DNA from: Marsupella aquatica
Taxonomy: Eukaryota > Plantae > Marchantiophyta
DNA: 64,000 nucleotides
Assembly (NCBI GenBank): GCA_973895155.1
Contig: OZ316894.1
Location: 25,294,709-25,358,708, forward strand
Direction of reading: 5' to 3'
The notes beneath the pieces are model-generated. The model worked only from the letters and a program-made list of their open reading frames with translations, did no database searches and was not told the origin of the DNA. Positions 26,801-38,282 of the stretch are shown here, piece by piece. The position numbers and the translations under genes were made by a program. Within the stretch, counting starts at the first letter, position 1; each line of letters opens with the position of its first letter.

Positions 26801-28255
26801 AAGGAGGAAATATCGGCACTACATGGCAGTCTCACGCGCAGATTTGAAAAGTTGGCGAACGAGAAGGAAGAAGCACTGAAACTGAGTGCTGCAGATTACT
26901 CTAGTCTTCTTGTAGAAGTTGAGAAGTTGAAGAGTGAGAAGGAAGAAGCGTTCAGAATTAGTGCAGCTGATTACTCTGAATTCATCGAAGCAGCTGAAAG
27001 AGTGAAACAAGAAAAAGACGAGATGATCAGAGCAAGCACAGCTGAGTCTTCGACCCTCAAGGAGGAAGTTGAGAGATTAAAGAATGAAAACGAAGAAGCA
27101 GTGAGAGTAAGGGAAGCCAGGCACTCTAAACTCCTTGAGGAGTTTGAGAGATTTAAGGAAGAGAAGGAAGAAGAAAGGAGACTTTTGGAAGAAACTCATT
27201 TGAGACTCAAGGATGAACATGGGCAACTCAAGGCAGAGAAAGAAGACACAGCATATTCATACTCAGACCTGCTTTCGAAGTTTGGGGAGCTGGAGTCGGA
27301 GATGAAAGCGGCAAGGGTGAAGGCAGAGGATGACTCACGTCTTCTGGATGAACTCGAAAAACTACAAGAAGAAAAGGACGCAGCAACTGCACTATCTTCC
27401 AGCCTGACCCTTGAATTGGAGAAGCTGGAAGCGGAAATGACAGCAGAGTACTCCAGCCTGTTGCGAGAATATGAGGCATACAAGCAAGAGAAAGGGGAAA
27501 TAGAGATAGTGAATACCCCTGAGTACAAACACCTTGTCACGGAATTCGAGAAATTAAGGAAACAGAAGGCGCAGGAATATGAACTGGTCTACGTAGATTT
27601 GGTAAAATCGGAGGACGAGCTTGGAGAATTAAGGAAGACGAGCGCAGAACAGCATAAGCACTCTCTCCAAGCGATCGAGAAATTGAAAGCAGAGAAAGTG
27701 GAAGCTGTGAGACAAACTGAAGAAGAGTGCTCAAGGCTCACTGAAGAACTTCGGAAATGTAAATCAACATTTGCATTCGATATGTCTGGTCTTGGCAAGT
27801 GTGCTCAGGTTGCTATCTGCACATATGGTGCACTGGTATTAAAAAAGAAGATCGATCTCGAGAAAGGGTATGCGAGGTCCACTCTGTCTGATTCCAAAAC
27901 TCTCCATGAGGCCGAAAGATTTATGGCTGACACAGCACGTGTACTCAATGATGAATACGAAGACTTCAAACGTGAGGTTCAGGAAATTACAGATGAAGAG
28001 GCCCGACATTACTATCTAACCAGTGCTTTACCAGCCCATATCAAGAAGGTAAGGGTTTCTGCCAGTTGATGTTATCTGGAGACTAGATGACACAAAATTA
28101 ATTTCTTTGCTTTGTCCAAAGCTGGTGCAATGTATATTTCAATTCCAGAATGATGAAGTCCTTGTTATTCCGTGTTCCATCAGATGAACCTAAAAGCAGG
28201 TGTGAGCAACATATCGGATGAACTTTTGGCTGCAAAGAAAACGTTTGGCAGATGA
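23815..28255 (+). CDS. Protein with three tandem ZZ-type (NBR1-like) zinc fingers and a long coiled coil, about 1147 aa
   Basis: Phase-consistent GT-AG model: 23815-23847, 24150-24217, 24493-24690, 24835-25017, 25159-28048, 28184-28255 (3444 nt). Fingers: CHDCGEAPIEGR...LHLCNDCY, CGACGITPIVGPRF...YSLCLICF, CRNCGEVPIDGPAY...VLCLLCY. These are followed by E/K-rich heptads. The first exon is the least certain (weak gtttga donor). Confidence 0.85.
26324..26548 (+). repeat. Coding tandem triplication, 75 nt / 25 aa (ALREEKELELRSKAGEYANLSRDYD)
   Basis: Near-identical units start at 26324, 26399 and 26474. Confidence 0.95.
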
Positions 28256-29748
28256 GGCCCGCCCATTTTCCTTCTCTTGTATTTGGAAGAGGTTAGATTA
28301 CTTTCGAAACTTCTCAGCCCGTTGTTTTGCTTATCTAATGTGCTAATACTCTCCCTGTTATTCTCTCTGGATTTACCTTTGCAGCGGAGAATCAAATGTA
28401 GATTAGTTTTAAGTTTTCCCCTGATTGATGATATGTCGTTCAACTGTGTAATGCAAGATGCGTACTGACCAGTACTTCTGAAATCTAATGTCTCGCGCCA
28501 TCTAAACGACACTCAGTATGCTTGTTAATTCGGATGATTTTGAAATCTTAGAACTAAGCTCTTCCGAGGATGGCTAGCTTCAATTCATCCAAACGCCTTC
28601 GTAGACTGAGGAACGACTTGACCAATTGATATTGCTTGAGTAAAAGTTGCAACTCTTGTGAGGTGTGAGTTATCTGTCGCAATCGTGATTTCTGTGCTTG
28701 TCTGGTCTAGCAGCAAGTTGAATGCTCTGGTCGTGTTGTAGAGTGACGGAGCTGTTGGTTTCAACGTTTGACGGTTTGGAAAGCTTTTGTGCTTTAGACT
28801 GATCCATTTTCGCGTCTTCTTGAAAACAGATTTGTATAATAGCGGTCGCCACTATCAGTGTCTGCCGAAGCAGGTAACTACATGAAATTGTGAAAAGCAT
28901 CACCTAGGATATCTCTAGGAATCCCGGGGAAACCTCTGCAGGCATTTTGTGTTGCATAATCTTGTACATCAATTGGAGACTCCCAACATCAGCAGTTTCT
29001 CTACGAGACAGGCTTTATCGACTTCAACTCAAGGCTACTTTCTGGTACAACAAGAAGCCAAATGTTGAATTTAGGCTAAGTTGCAATAGCTGGGGATCTT
29101 TCTCTAACGATTTAGCCCCCACAGGTTCAAAAACTTCATGTTTGTCAGACGTCTCCTCTGCAGTTGTGTTTCTAAAAAAGGGGTGCAATAGAGAGACGAC
29201 TGGACATGTAATCAAATTAGACGCTCCTTTGTACTGTGGATCGCTTCTGCAGTTGCCATATCTCCATTTAATTTGTTCTTGCAGTGAGAAAGTCAACTGA
29301 GACTTGTTAACATCATTCTTTGGATCATTTTACCCAATAAAATATTGAGCAGAATGGTCCCCATTATATTTGAAGAGCAATGTGAATTCCCCTTCAGTTC
29401 AAGATTGATTATCTGCAGTATTCTTTTACCCAAAATGCTTTTCTTCAGTTTATGTGCTTCGTCGATTCTGCTGGTAATTCCGAGCTCCAATGGTAACTCT
29501 TGTCTTCATCTCCAGAGTTTATTGTCGTGGTCTCTACTAAGGAGCACTGCACAAAACCACCGAGGCAATATGAGGCAGAATTTCTTGACGTCTTATAGCA
29601 CTACCTTTAGATATCAAAATTAGGGTTTTGGTTGGGCTTTATTTCATTCCCAGCAGTTCTCATCAAATCCACACTTCTCCCGTGGTCCTGATACAAAATT
29701 GAAAGTTGGGCGGGAATCATTTCAGACCATCAAACTTAAATGGAGATT

Positions 29749-29888
29749 TTCCAGTGCCCGGCACTTGGGAATAAAGGTGTGAGGGGGATCTGGATTCAGC
29801 CGGGAGGCCATGCTGTGAAGATAGGGTGTTTTCCAGTGCCCTGCAATTGGGAATAAAGGTGTGAGGGGGATCTGGATTCAGCCAGGAG
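29749..29888. repeat. Direct duplication of about 60 bp
   Basis: ttccagtgccc.gca.ttgggaataaaggtgtgagggggatctggattcagcc.ggagg occurs twice, about 81 bp apart. Confidence 0.9.
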
Positions 29889-30266
29889 GTAGATCGGGTG
29901 TGACGGGTGAAGTAGAGATAGAGGGTGATGTGCAAATGCAGGCCATTTGGGGGTGGAATATTTCCTTTCCCTGCAAGCACGAGGAGGTGAGGTGAGTAAG
30001 CAAAGGGAAGGGAAAAGGGAAGTGGGTAGGAGGAAAACTAGGGGAGAGAGAGAGGGGACATTTACTCTTAAAAATGTTCTTTCATTGCTCTCAAGAACGT
30101 GAGGAAAAATGAAAAAATTAAATTAAAAAAACAATAAAATAATTGTGAGTAATAATACATCAAAATGTGATAATATAAGATGTGCATTCATTAATTTTAG
30201 AAAAAATAATTAGATTTATATCATATTAAAGTATGTCATACACCGTATATGTCACCTCAAAATGTT

Positions 30267-30438
30267 TTCATTCTTGACCTCTCCACTGAAATGTGCATTC
30301 TCATCCATAAAATCTTAGCAGATAAATGAGCATAGGGTGGACACATCGCTCTTTCATTCTTGACCTCTCCACTGAAATGTGCATTCTCATCCATAAAGTC
30401 TTAGCAGATAAATGAGCATAGGGTGGACACATCGCTTT
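30267..30438. repeat. Near-perfect tandem duplication of about 86 bp
   Basis: tttcattcttgacctctccactgaaatgtgcattctcatccataaa.tcttagcagataaatgagcatagggtggacacatcgct occurs twice. Confidence 0.95.
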
Positions 30439-31797
30439 CAGTAGTTTTGTTCTCATATTTGTACTCAATGCAGGGACTCTTAATTGAATCATCAATGGTA
30501 GGTGAGTTGTCTAAAGCAAGCTCTCAATTACAGTACTGTACTTCACACATGTAGAGTATCGAAGTGAGACAGGTGCTCAAGTTTAACTCACACTACTTCA
30601 TCGAGGGCTGTGGTGAGCAAGCTCTCAAGTGCCATTGAGATTAAAGACGTTACGTACAAGCCAGCTCTCACACGTAATTCAGCTTACTGAGGTGAGGTGA
30701 GGTGAGGTGTAACTGTGTAAGCATGCTGTCAATGAATAATGATAATAATAAAGCTGTCAACATGTACATGCCCACTATCACTGTATACACTATTGTCACC
30801 ACCTGTATGCTGATGCAAATGAATTTTAAGGCAAACTTTTGCTAGTTTTTTTTCCAAATTCTTACCCACCCCCCACAAACAAAATAAATAAATCGTAGGC
30901 AAATGTAGGCAGGAGTTGATCGGCCAGATGTGCCGGAACTTTGGACGTGAGGGTGTTCTGTATAGGCTGAAGGATGGCCTGTTTTTGTAAAATTGTCATT
31001 TCATCACTGTGGACTTTTGATCCACCTTGAATTCTTGGCGTTTGGTTTCACTTATTTTCTGTGATCCAAGTCTGGTAGGCTTAGTTTACTTTTATCTGCT
31101 AGAAGAAGGTGAATACTTTTGGTTTTCACCCTGGGCCTGCTGTTCACATCTTAGTGTTTGCTAAATTTCTCTCTGTTCTTCAGACTGAGGAAGTCCTCAT
31201 ATTTTCGATTATGGGTAGTTTTTTGTTCGTGAGTAATCTTTGGTAAATTTTCACTGTTCCTCCTGTTTTTGCCTTCATCCTGGAGATTGAATGGGTTTGG
31301 TCTTTGAGTTGTTGTTGGTCCTTGACTTTTCTTTGGTCTGGCAGGTTACTCCCTGTTTTATTGAGTTTTACTTTCCTCATAAATGAAATGCTCCTTTCAA
31401 GGATTAAAGATGAAAAAGTAGCCACCAATACAAACCAATAATTAAGTGAAACATTCAGCCCTCCTTCGCCAATACTTATTACGTCAATAGCACAGCTACT
31501 TGCCAGATCTAACATCCCTCCTAAAATAAAGGAATATTTGATACTTGAGAAACACCTATAGATAAAATCAATAAGAGTATCTACCTCCTGGGCGCGGGTA
31601 AAGAGATTGGCACTCTCAGCTTGTTTTTTAAGGTTTTTACTTTTTTTCCAGAGTGTCAAATGTCCAGTGTGTGAAGGAGAAGATTCTCAAAATATTCATT
31701 ATCTTAATATTTTACTCAACTTCAAATCTTTAAGGATGACTATTAGATTCTGGCTAGTGGTACCTGTGATTAGGTGAGACACTGGCTAAAGAGACAG

Positions 31798-32212
31798 CAA
31801 TATATTAGCAAAAAGCTTTTGGGGGAGGTGTAATTTTGCCAATTTTCGCCACTAGAAAAAAACGCTGGTCACTCTATCTCCAAAATTTAATGAATAAAAA
31901 GGCTGGATGGGACCATGCCAGAGTTCAGGACTTCAGGATTAATTAAAGCCAATGTCAAGATCCATTATTGAGCCTCGAGCTTTGTTGCTGCACCGCCTGT
32001 TTAATCCAATATACTAGCAAAAGGCTTTTTGGGGAGGTGGAATTTTGCAACTTTCGCCACTAAAAAAAACGCTGGTCACTCTATCTCCAAAATTTAAGGA
32101 ATAGAAAGGCTTGATGGGACCATGCCAGAGTTCAGGACTTCAGGATTAATTAAAGCCAATGTCAAAGTCCATTATTGATTGAGCCTCGAGCTTTGATGCT
32201 GCACCGCCTGTT
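31798..32212. repeat. Tandem duplication of about 210 bp containing a possible DNA-transposon end
   Basis: Two copies of ...ggggaggtg.aattttgc.a.tttcgccacta.aaaaaaacgctggtcactctatctcc...gcaccgcctgtt. A related diverged copy of the left part lies at about 22305-22358. Confidence 0.85.
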
Positions 32213-32318
32213 GCATCCTGTCGTAATGGTTTTGTAAGGTACCAAGTAGTCTGGGTGTTCTCCACTCGGGAACAGTCTGTGCTTATAAATTTGAACGCAA
32301 AATCCAAGCCGAACAGGT

Positions 32319-32611
32319 TTCGGGCAATAGTCACTGACCCAGCTAAGCAAATGTCGCGAAGCATTAATTAGCCTCCATACTGGCTTTGATCATTGAGTCC
32401 ATTGACCTTTGATCTTTGATCCCCACTACGGCAGATGAGACTCTCCTGCTACTCCTTGCACCAAAATTGCAGCGATGCGGGCAACAGTCACTGATCCAGC
32501 TAAACAAATGTCGCGAAGCATTAATTAGCCTCCACACTAGCTTTGATCATTGACCTTTGATCCCCACTACGGCAGATAAGACTCTCCTGCTACTCCTTGC
32601 ACCAAAATTGC
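32319..32611. repeat. Tandem duplication of about 140-150 bp
   Basis: cgggcaa.agtcactga.ccagctaa.caaatgtcgcgaagcattaattagcctcca...ctactccttgcaccaaaattgca occurs twice. Confidence 0.9.
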
Positions 32612-32925
32612 AAAAGGCGATGTTGTTAGGTTTCCTTACTGTAGTTGACACACCAGTGGCTTGCCATGGCCTCGCAGTTAGTCTTGGGTGGCCTCCAGTG
32701 AGGACAACTGATATGATTTGAGGTTCATTCCAGATTGGGCAGAGCTCGTCTACCTAGCTCAGAACTGTTTCTGTCTTGCATTGCCTCGAGACCATAGACC
32801 TCCCTCAGAACTGTTGCCCAGATCTGGACAGCTGAATCAGACGTAGATGATCAAGCTTGCTTTGAAGGTTGACTTTTCTATGGCATTGAAAGAATGATTC
32901 CAATCCTGGGCATTTCCAGATTGCT

Positions 32926-35057
32926 GTGCTCTGGAAATGTGGAGCTGACAGTACTATTACGGTACTTCCTAGTCCTTCGTTGGTCAGCTTTGAATGTTGC
33001 CAACGTACTGCAATCCCGGGCTACCATAGTGCGATGGCAACGGCTACTACCGCAACAGGCATGTCCCGAATCCCGACCTTTCGTAACTTGGCATTGACAA
33101 CTTTGTCATGGATAATGCCCACCGTAACTGGGGCTCGTACCTTCACTGCTTGGCAATCTGGACTTTTGGACGTACTGCACTGTACTTTACTGCAAGTGCT
33201 CTGCGAAATCCACTGCTGGAGTGGGACATGGAACTATGGCGGTGCACTTATCACGACAAAGGGTAGCAAGGAAATTAACATGCTCAGCAATCCACTGCTT
33301 AGCAACACTGCGAGGGAACAATAAGGTGCTGGAGGTGCAATAAGTTATCAGAACAAAGGCTACGGAAATATGGCCCAAACTCTAGGTCTGCAGGCCTGTT
33401 TCTCAGGGCCTCAACATTGGAAAGGTAAGATACTGGAACTGGACCTCTGGGATAATCGGAACCTGGACTGTGACACAACTTACTCAAAACTTTATGCACC
33501 AGCCCTGAGCGTGTCTAGATTGTTTCGTTGCTCACCGAGGAAAACAACGTACACAAATGAAGAAACTCACCTCCTGAAGAGACAACGCACATAAATGAAG
33601 AGCCTGTACGGGAGAGCCGGAGATGAAAATGCGGGCCACCCGCTGAGAAAGAGTGCATGGGAATTCAGGAGACAGTTGAAGGAGCCCAACAGTTGAAGGA
33701 GCCCAACTTGAACGTCCACCAACGACGAACGTGAGGATGGAAGGCCCATCCAGGAGTCGAGGAGAGCCAAACTCCGACTACTGCATAAAGTACATCGATA
33801 ACAACGGTGAAGACGGGAAACCATCTAATCAAGAGAGTGGAAGCGTTTAAGAAAATGGTACGACGATGAGGAAAATGTGAACGGAAACCTAATCAATTAG
33901 TAGAGCCCAGAAATTGAAGAGAAAGGTCCAACCACAGGAAAGACCAAAAGCCCACCGGTAAATCAGTGCCTGAAGGAGACCAATTTCAACCAACTAGGTG
34001 ACCGAGCAAATAGACGACAGCCGGTTCAGGCTGCTGAGTTTACTGCTTAGGAAAATCCATGATAGTGTTCACCATTGAGGGCGTTTGTTGTGGAGATCTC
34101 GTCTTGATGCACTTTTTGTAAACCCAGACCAGTGTATTTTGAATGTCGCTGTCTTAGCAATAGTTTGTTCAACGACAAACGGGAGAAGCTGGTCTGCAGA
34201 TGGCTCTGTTCAGGTCTACCAGGGACCAATTCAAGACGAAGGAGGTCGTTCTGGAAAGACACTAGGTTCCCCACCCACAGTGATGCTGCACAAGCGACCT
34301 GAATTTGTATACCGCGAAGCCTGCTAGCAGGGGACAAGAATGGCTGTAGGCGCGTTGGTAGATAAACCACTTGACTGGAAACATCCCTAAACTGACTGAC
34401 TTCTGTCACAGCAAAAGGAGTAAAGTTGGTATGCTTACAGCGGTTTGACTCAGCTTTACGACGAACTATCATGACCTCTGAGAGGCGAACATGCCTGAAT
34501 TGAAAGCGGCAGTGACAATCGGCGGCCGTTGGCGGATTGATTGGAAACAATATTCGGTAACCTGTCTCTCATATCAGTGAGAGGATCGTCAGCATTCAAG
34601 TTCCGTTTTACCTTAGCAGCTGGAGACGAGACCAAGAATGAGGTTTAAAGCTTGAGAGGTAATTTGGAAGGGGACCGTAATCCCAGAATAATTGAAGATT
34701 AATTTGGAATGCTAGATAGATAACCCAGCTTTCAGCCAGGATTGTGTCATGGCGAACAGTAAAAGGGAGAAACTGAGGTTTGAGTATGACTTGTCTGCAG
34801 TTCGGTGGCTGGCGACTTTATCTAGACGGGAGCTAAAAGTGACCTTTGAGATAGACTTGAAAGACGCTACAACTCTACCATGCCTAGATGTAGGATGGCT
34901 GATTACCGGTATGGTGGTACGATTGCCCAGATTGCCTTTTGCACGTACAGACAGCTTTTGTCGACGTGAAGCGTTTTTTACGACCAGCCTTTTTGACTAC
35001 CCGGCGGGGACATTTCGAGAATGGATGGGAGTAGCATTATGCTTACCACACGCATAG
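32926..35057 (+). mobile_element. Decayed retroelement relic: gag-like region, degenerate zinc knuckle and RT N-terminal half, possibly DIRS-like
   Basis: Same-frame ORF pieces at 32926-33324 and 33370-33594 are interrupted by stops. CTFCK...EC at about 34108-34146. KLRFEYDLSAVRWL...FEIDLKDA...RLPFA at 34749-35057 resembles the RT motifs IDLKDAY and LPFG. Confidence 0.45.
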
Positions 35058-36631
35058 ACTCACGCAAGGAATCGCGCACCAGAATTCACACACAGAGCTG
35101 TCCACAACAACGATCATAATCGACGGAAGCCTTTTGACTAGACCGGCTGCATGAGCTTTGTAGAGATAAAGGTTCTGGGCCCATGCAAAACTGGTGATGA
35201 GTTCCCGTATCGAAAGCTGAATGATTTTCCCTTCAAGTTCGGCAGCAGACCTCGATAATTCGATGCTTGAATATTCCTGCGACGGAGGCGTCTAGGTTTT
35301 AGAGAAGAATTTGCGACCCTATTACGCCAAGGAGGTCACGTACAAGACGCTAGACAGAACACAACTTCCAAAGTGCGAATTGTAGAATCGTTCCTGTTCG
35401 ACTCACGCTCACACTGTACTGTACGACTTAGTTAGAGAATCTGGACAGATGATTTTCACATTACCAAATTGATTTCTCTACAGCTTTTCGTGTCAATCAG
35501 AGTGCACTTTAGAACTTGCCTCTAATTAACAACTAGAGTGAATGTGCAACGGAAATGTGATCCAATGTCTCATGAAGTCTTCCAGGTAGTCGATGATGTT
35601 TCAGCAGTATGATTCTAGCTCTTCCATAGAATTAAGCAAGGACCTAGACCAGTCGAGAATTTTGCATGAGCACGACACTTGTGGTTCGGAGTTCGAAACC
35701 GCAACGCATGTACTTTCAACACCCGGGACGGTTTGCAAAACATCCTGCCTCGAGATCGTATTATTGAAGAGTACTCTACGTCTTGCAATGATCTGCGTGA
35801 AGTCGTCGTACAAAACTATCATCGAGCTGCCACTTACATGTAGGAATCTTGGTCTAGCGATGATCTGCATCAAGTCAAAATAATACAAGATAGGTTCGAA
35901 CGGCCTGAATCGTTGGGACAAAACAAATTCAGAAATTCAGTGATCCACATCGTGCACTTCACGACGACCAGTACGCAGACTCGGGATACTCGGCGTCAAG
36001 AAACTTCGCAACGAGGTATTCCTAAAATTAATTATCGAACTGCCTGAATGGTTAAGGAGCAAACATGTGGGATCAAGAGAAGGAGTGCAATGCAATGCGG
36101 ATTTCGCTTCGCACTTCTTCTACTACTCCATTCCACAGCCGAGTCTATATTTCTATAGCAGGATAACTCTGCAGCTATGTAGTTACTACACTTCGGCTGA
36201 AAGTCTCCGTTCTAAGCAAAAGCTATTTGTGGTCACCGCTAATATGTGACTGGAATGACATGGTCTCCTTCGGTTTGCTGGAGATAAGTACAGCAACTCC
36301 GCGTCTCCAGCATCAATTTCTATATCTACTGGACAACTTAAGCAAATACTTTGCTCTCTTCGAATCTTCGACTTCATGCCGATGCAGTCGAAGCTCTTTG
36401 GTTAAGTATACAACAGCGTCCACGGACATCAATACTGCATATCAAAATTAGAGTATCCAACGATGTGATATTAGCAAATCACCGGATTCGTCGTGAAGCC
36501 TGATCTGCAGCGACGGTAGGAAGCTCAGTCAGGAGCCTTCACGTTCATGGTTGAGGTGCGCAGGAGAAAACTGGACGGGAAATAGGTTGCAACAGTTGTA
36601 GAGCGTTTGTTGACAGTCAGCTACATTCCTT

Positions 36632-37659
36632 TCACGGAGCGGGGGGAGTCGTTTGATCTGAGGAACCAGGTCTATTGCTTCGAGGATCTTCGTAGTCCAT
36701 GGCGTTGAAATTGTTGGCAGCAGCCTTGTTGGAGAACTCGACGTCGACCGACGGCACTTCACCGACTTCTTCTGCCTTGCGGCTGGTTCCCAAACCCAAC
36801 AGCAGGCGGTGATAACTTGCGGCCTGCAAACAAAGTAACGATGAGATTGAGTTCCATTCGAAAGACTCGTTTCTTGGTTAGGGCGTAGCCTCTCAAACGT
36901 GATTACCCTCGAGACTACTTTTGCTCTTCTGCCACTTCGGTCCACACAGACTTCTCGCTAATATCATGTAGAAAAGATTCACTCCTTCCAGAGGCGCCAA
37001 TTTCTTGACACAAAAATAAGGGGTGTTCACTAAGTGAACTTCCAAGAAGAATATTAACTTCTCGAAGTAGGTATCGGGCGCGACGACGATATCGCTTCGG
37101 CTAGATTTCAACACAAATTTCGTCACGAATCACGAATTGGCTATGGTTTCTTTCTTCAGTCCACGACTCATTCGACAGAACTAGTCGCAAATCAAATGTG
37201 AGGAGAGACTTTCAAACTTGGGGCTGAATGCACTGTACCTGTCCTGGAGTGGTAAACTTTCGCCATAACGTCGAGTCCGACGAGCCCGTGGACAACGATA
37301 CATCCCAACCTGCATCGAAACATCCGACCATGAATTTTAATACACAGCAAAGTAAATTGATGCATGGGAACGACAAGACCGTGATATATTACTACTGCAA
37401 CTAGCATTGCAACTCAAAGACTGCATAGTGAATGGACACTCACTCCGACAAGACATACATGCAGCGAGCGAAGCTATCCAACTGAAAACAATTCTATCAT
37501 GGCTGCATACGGGCTGCTCCAAGATTTAGGTGTCCAAGATGTTGTACCTGAGACAACTGATCGAGCGGCCGCTACAGGGGAGAATACGAGGACGGCCACG
37601 ACGAGAAGGGCGAGGAAGGCACAAGGGCACCCCATCTCGGATTTGATCCGAGCTGCCAT
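36632..37659 (-). CDS. PSY: Secreted small-peptide precursor, PSY (plant peptide containing sulfated tyrosine)-like, 124 aa
   Basis: Exons 37659-37548, 37309-37239 and 36823-36632 are phase-consistent GT-AG. Translation: MAARIKSEMGCPCAFLALLVVAVLVFSPVAAARSVVSGWDVSLSTGSSDSTLWRKFTTPGQAASYHRLLLGLGTSRKAEEVGEVPSVDVEFSNKAAANNFNAMDYEDPRSNRPGSSDQTTPPAP*. It has a signal peptide, an RLLL processing-like motif, and a C-terminal DY-x5-N...PP domain as in AtPSY1 (DYGDPSANPKHDPGVPPS). Confidence 0.8.
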
Positions 37660-38272
37660 GACGCTTGGAAGCTGGGCGTGGAGAAGTCCAAGGAACTAGC
37701 TAGGAGGATATATTGAGAGAAAGTGCGCTCGAAAGTTGAGAGCGAAGGAGGCCGAGGAGAGCTAGACTGGAGCAAACCAGCCTGAGCAGAAGAAGCGATC
37801 TAATGGTACCGCAGCAACAAGGAACAAGATGAGAAGGCTCGTCGGGGATTGGATAAATCGATGGTCAGTCTCTGATGTAATCCCACAGTCCACTCCTATC
37901 TGACGACGCGGTGGAGCGAGCGAGCGTGCGTCTCCAGGTCTCAACGAGACAACGATACCACTAGTGATGGAAGATTGCGCCTCACACTCGGTATTATTTT
38001 GACCCAACTCGCACTCTCTAGCCGGCTGGCCTCGTGTGACTATCAAAAGCAGTAAGTTGCTGCGGGTGGCGCAATGAAGGGAATTTTGAACTCCAAGGTC
38101 TGCTGAAGAAGAAAGGAGAAGACGGTGAGAGAGGGAACTAGAAAGAGAGTGCAGACTGCAGAGCGAGAGGGAAAAGCTGGCATTCAAGCGCAAGTGCACG
38201 AGGAGCCGGCGGCATTCACCAACTCACGGATACGTTCAGATGAGTGTGATGATGATTGAGGTGGAACTGTAA

Positions 38273-38282
38273 TATATATATA
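38273..38282 (-). promoter_or_regulatory. Probable TATA box of the PSY-like gene
   Basis: TATATATATA lies about 600 bp upstream of the ATG and is followed on the minus strand by a CT-rich leader (38120-38175). Confidence 0.5.

Noticed and set aside
25708-27798. Ser/Phe-rich minus-strand ORFs
   Set aside because: Antisense shadows of the Glu/Lys-rich coiled-coil exon.
31180-31659. 159-aa minus-strand ORF
   Set aside because: TTG start, AT-rich TE-like context, no recognisable domain or splice-supported model.
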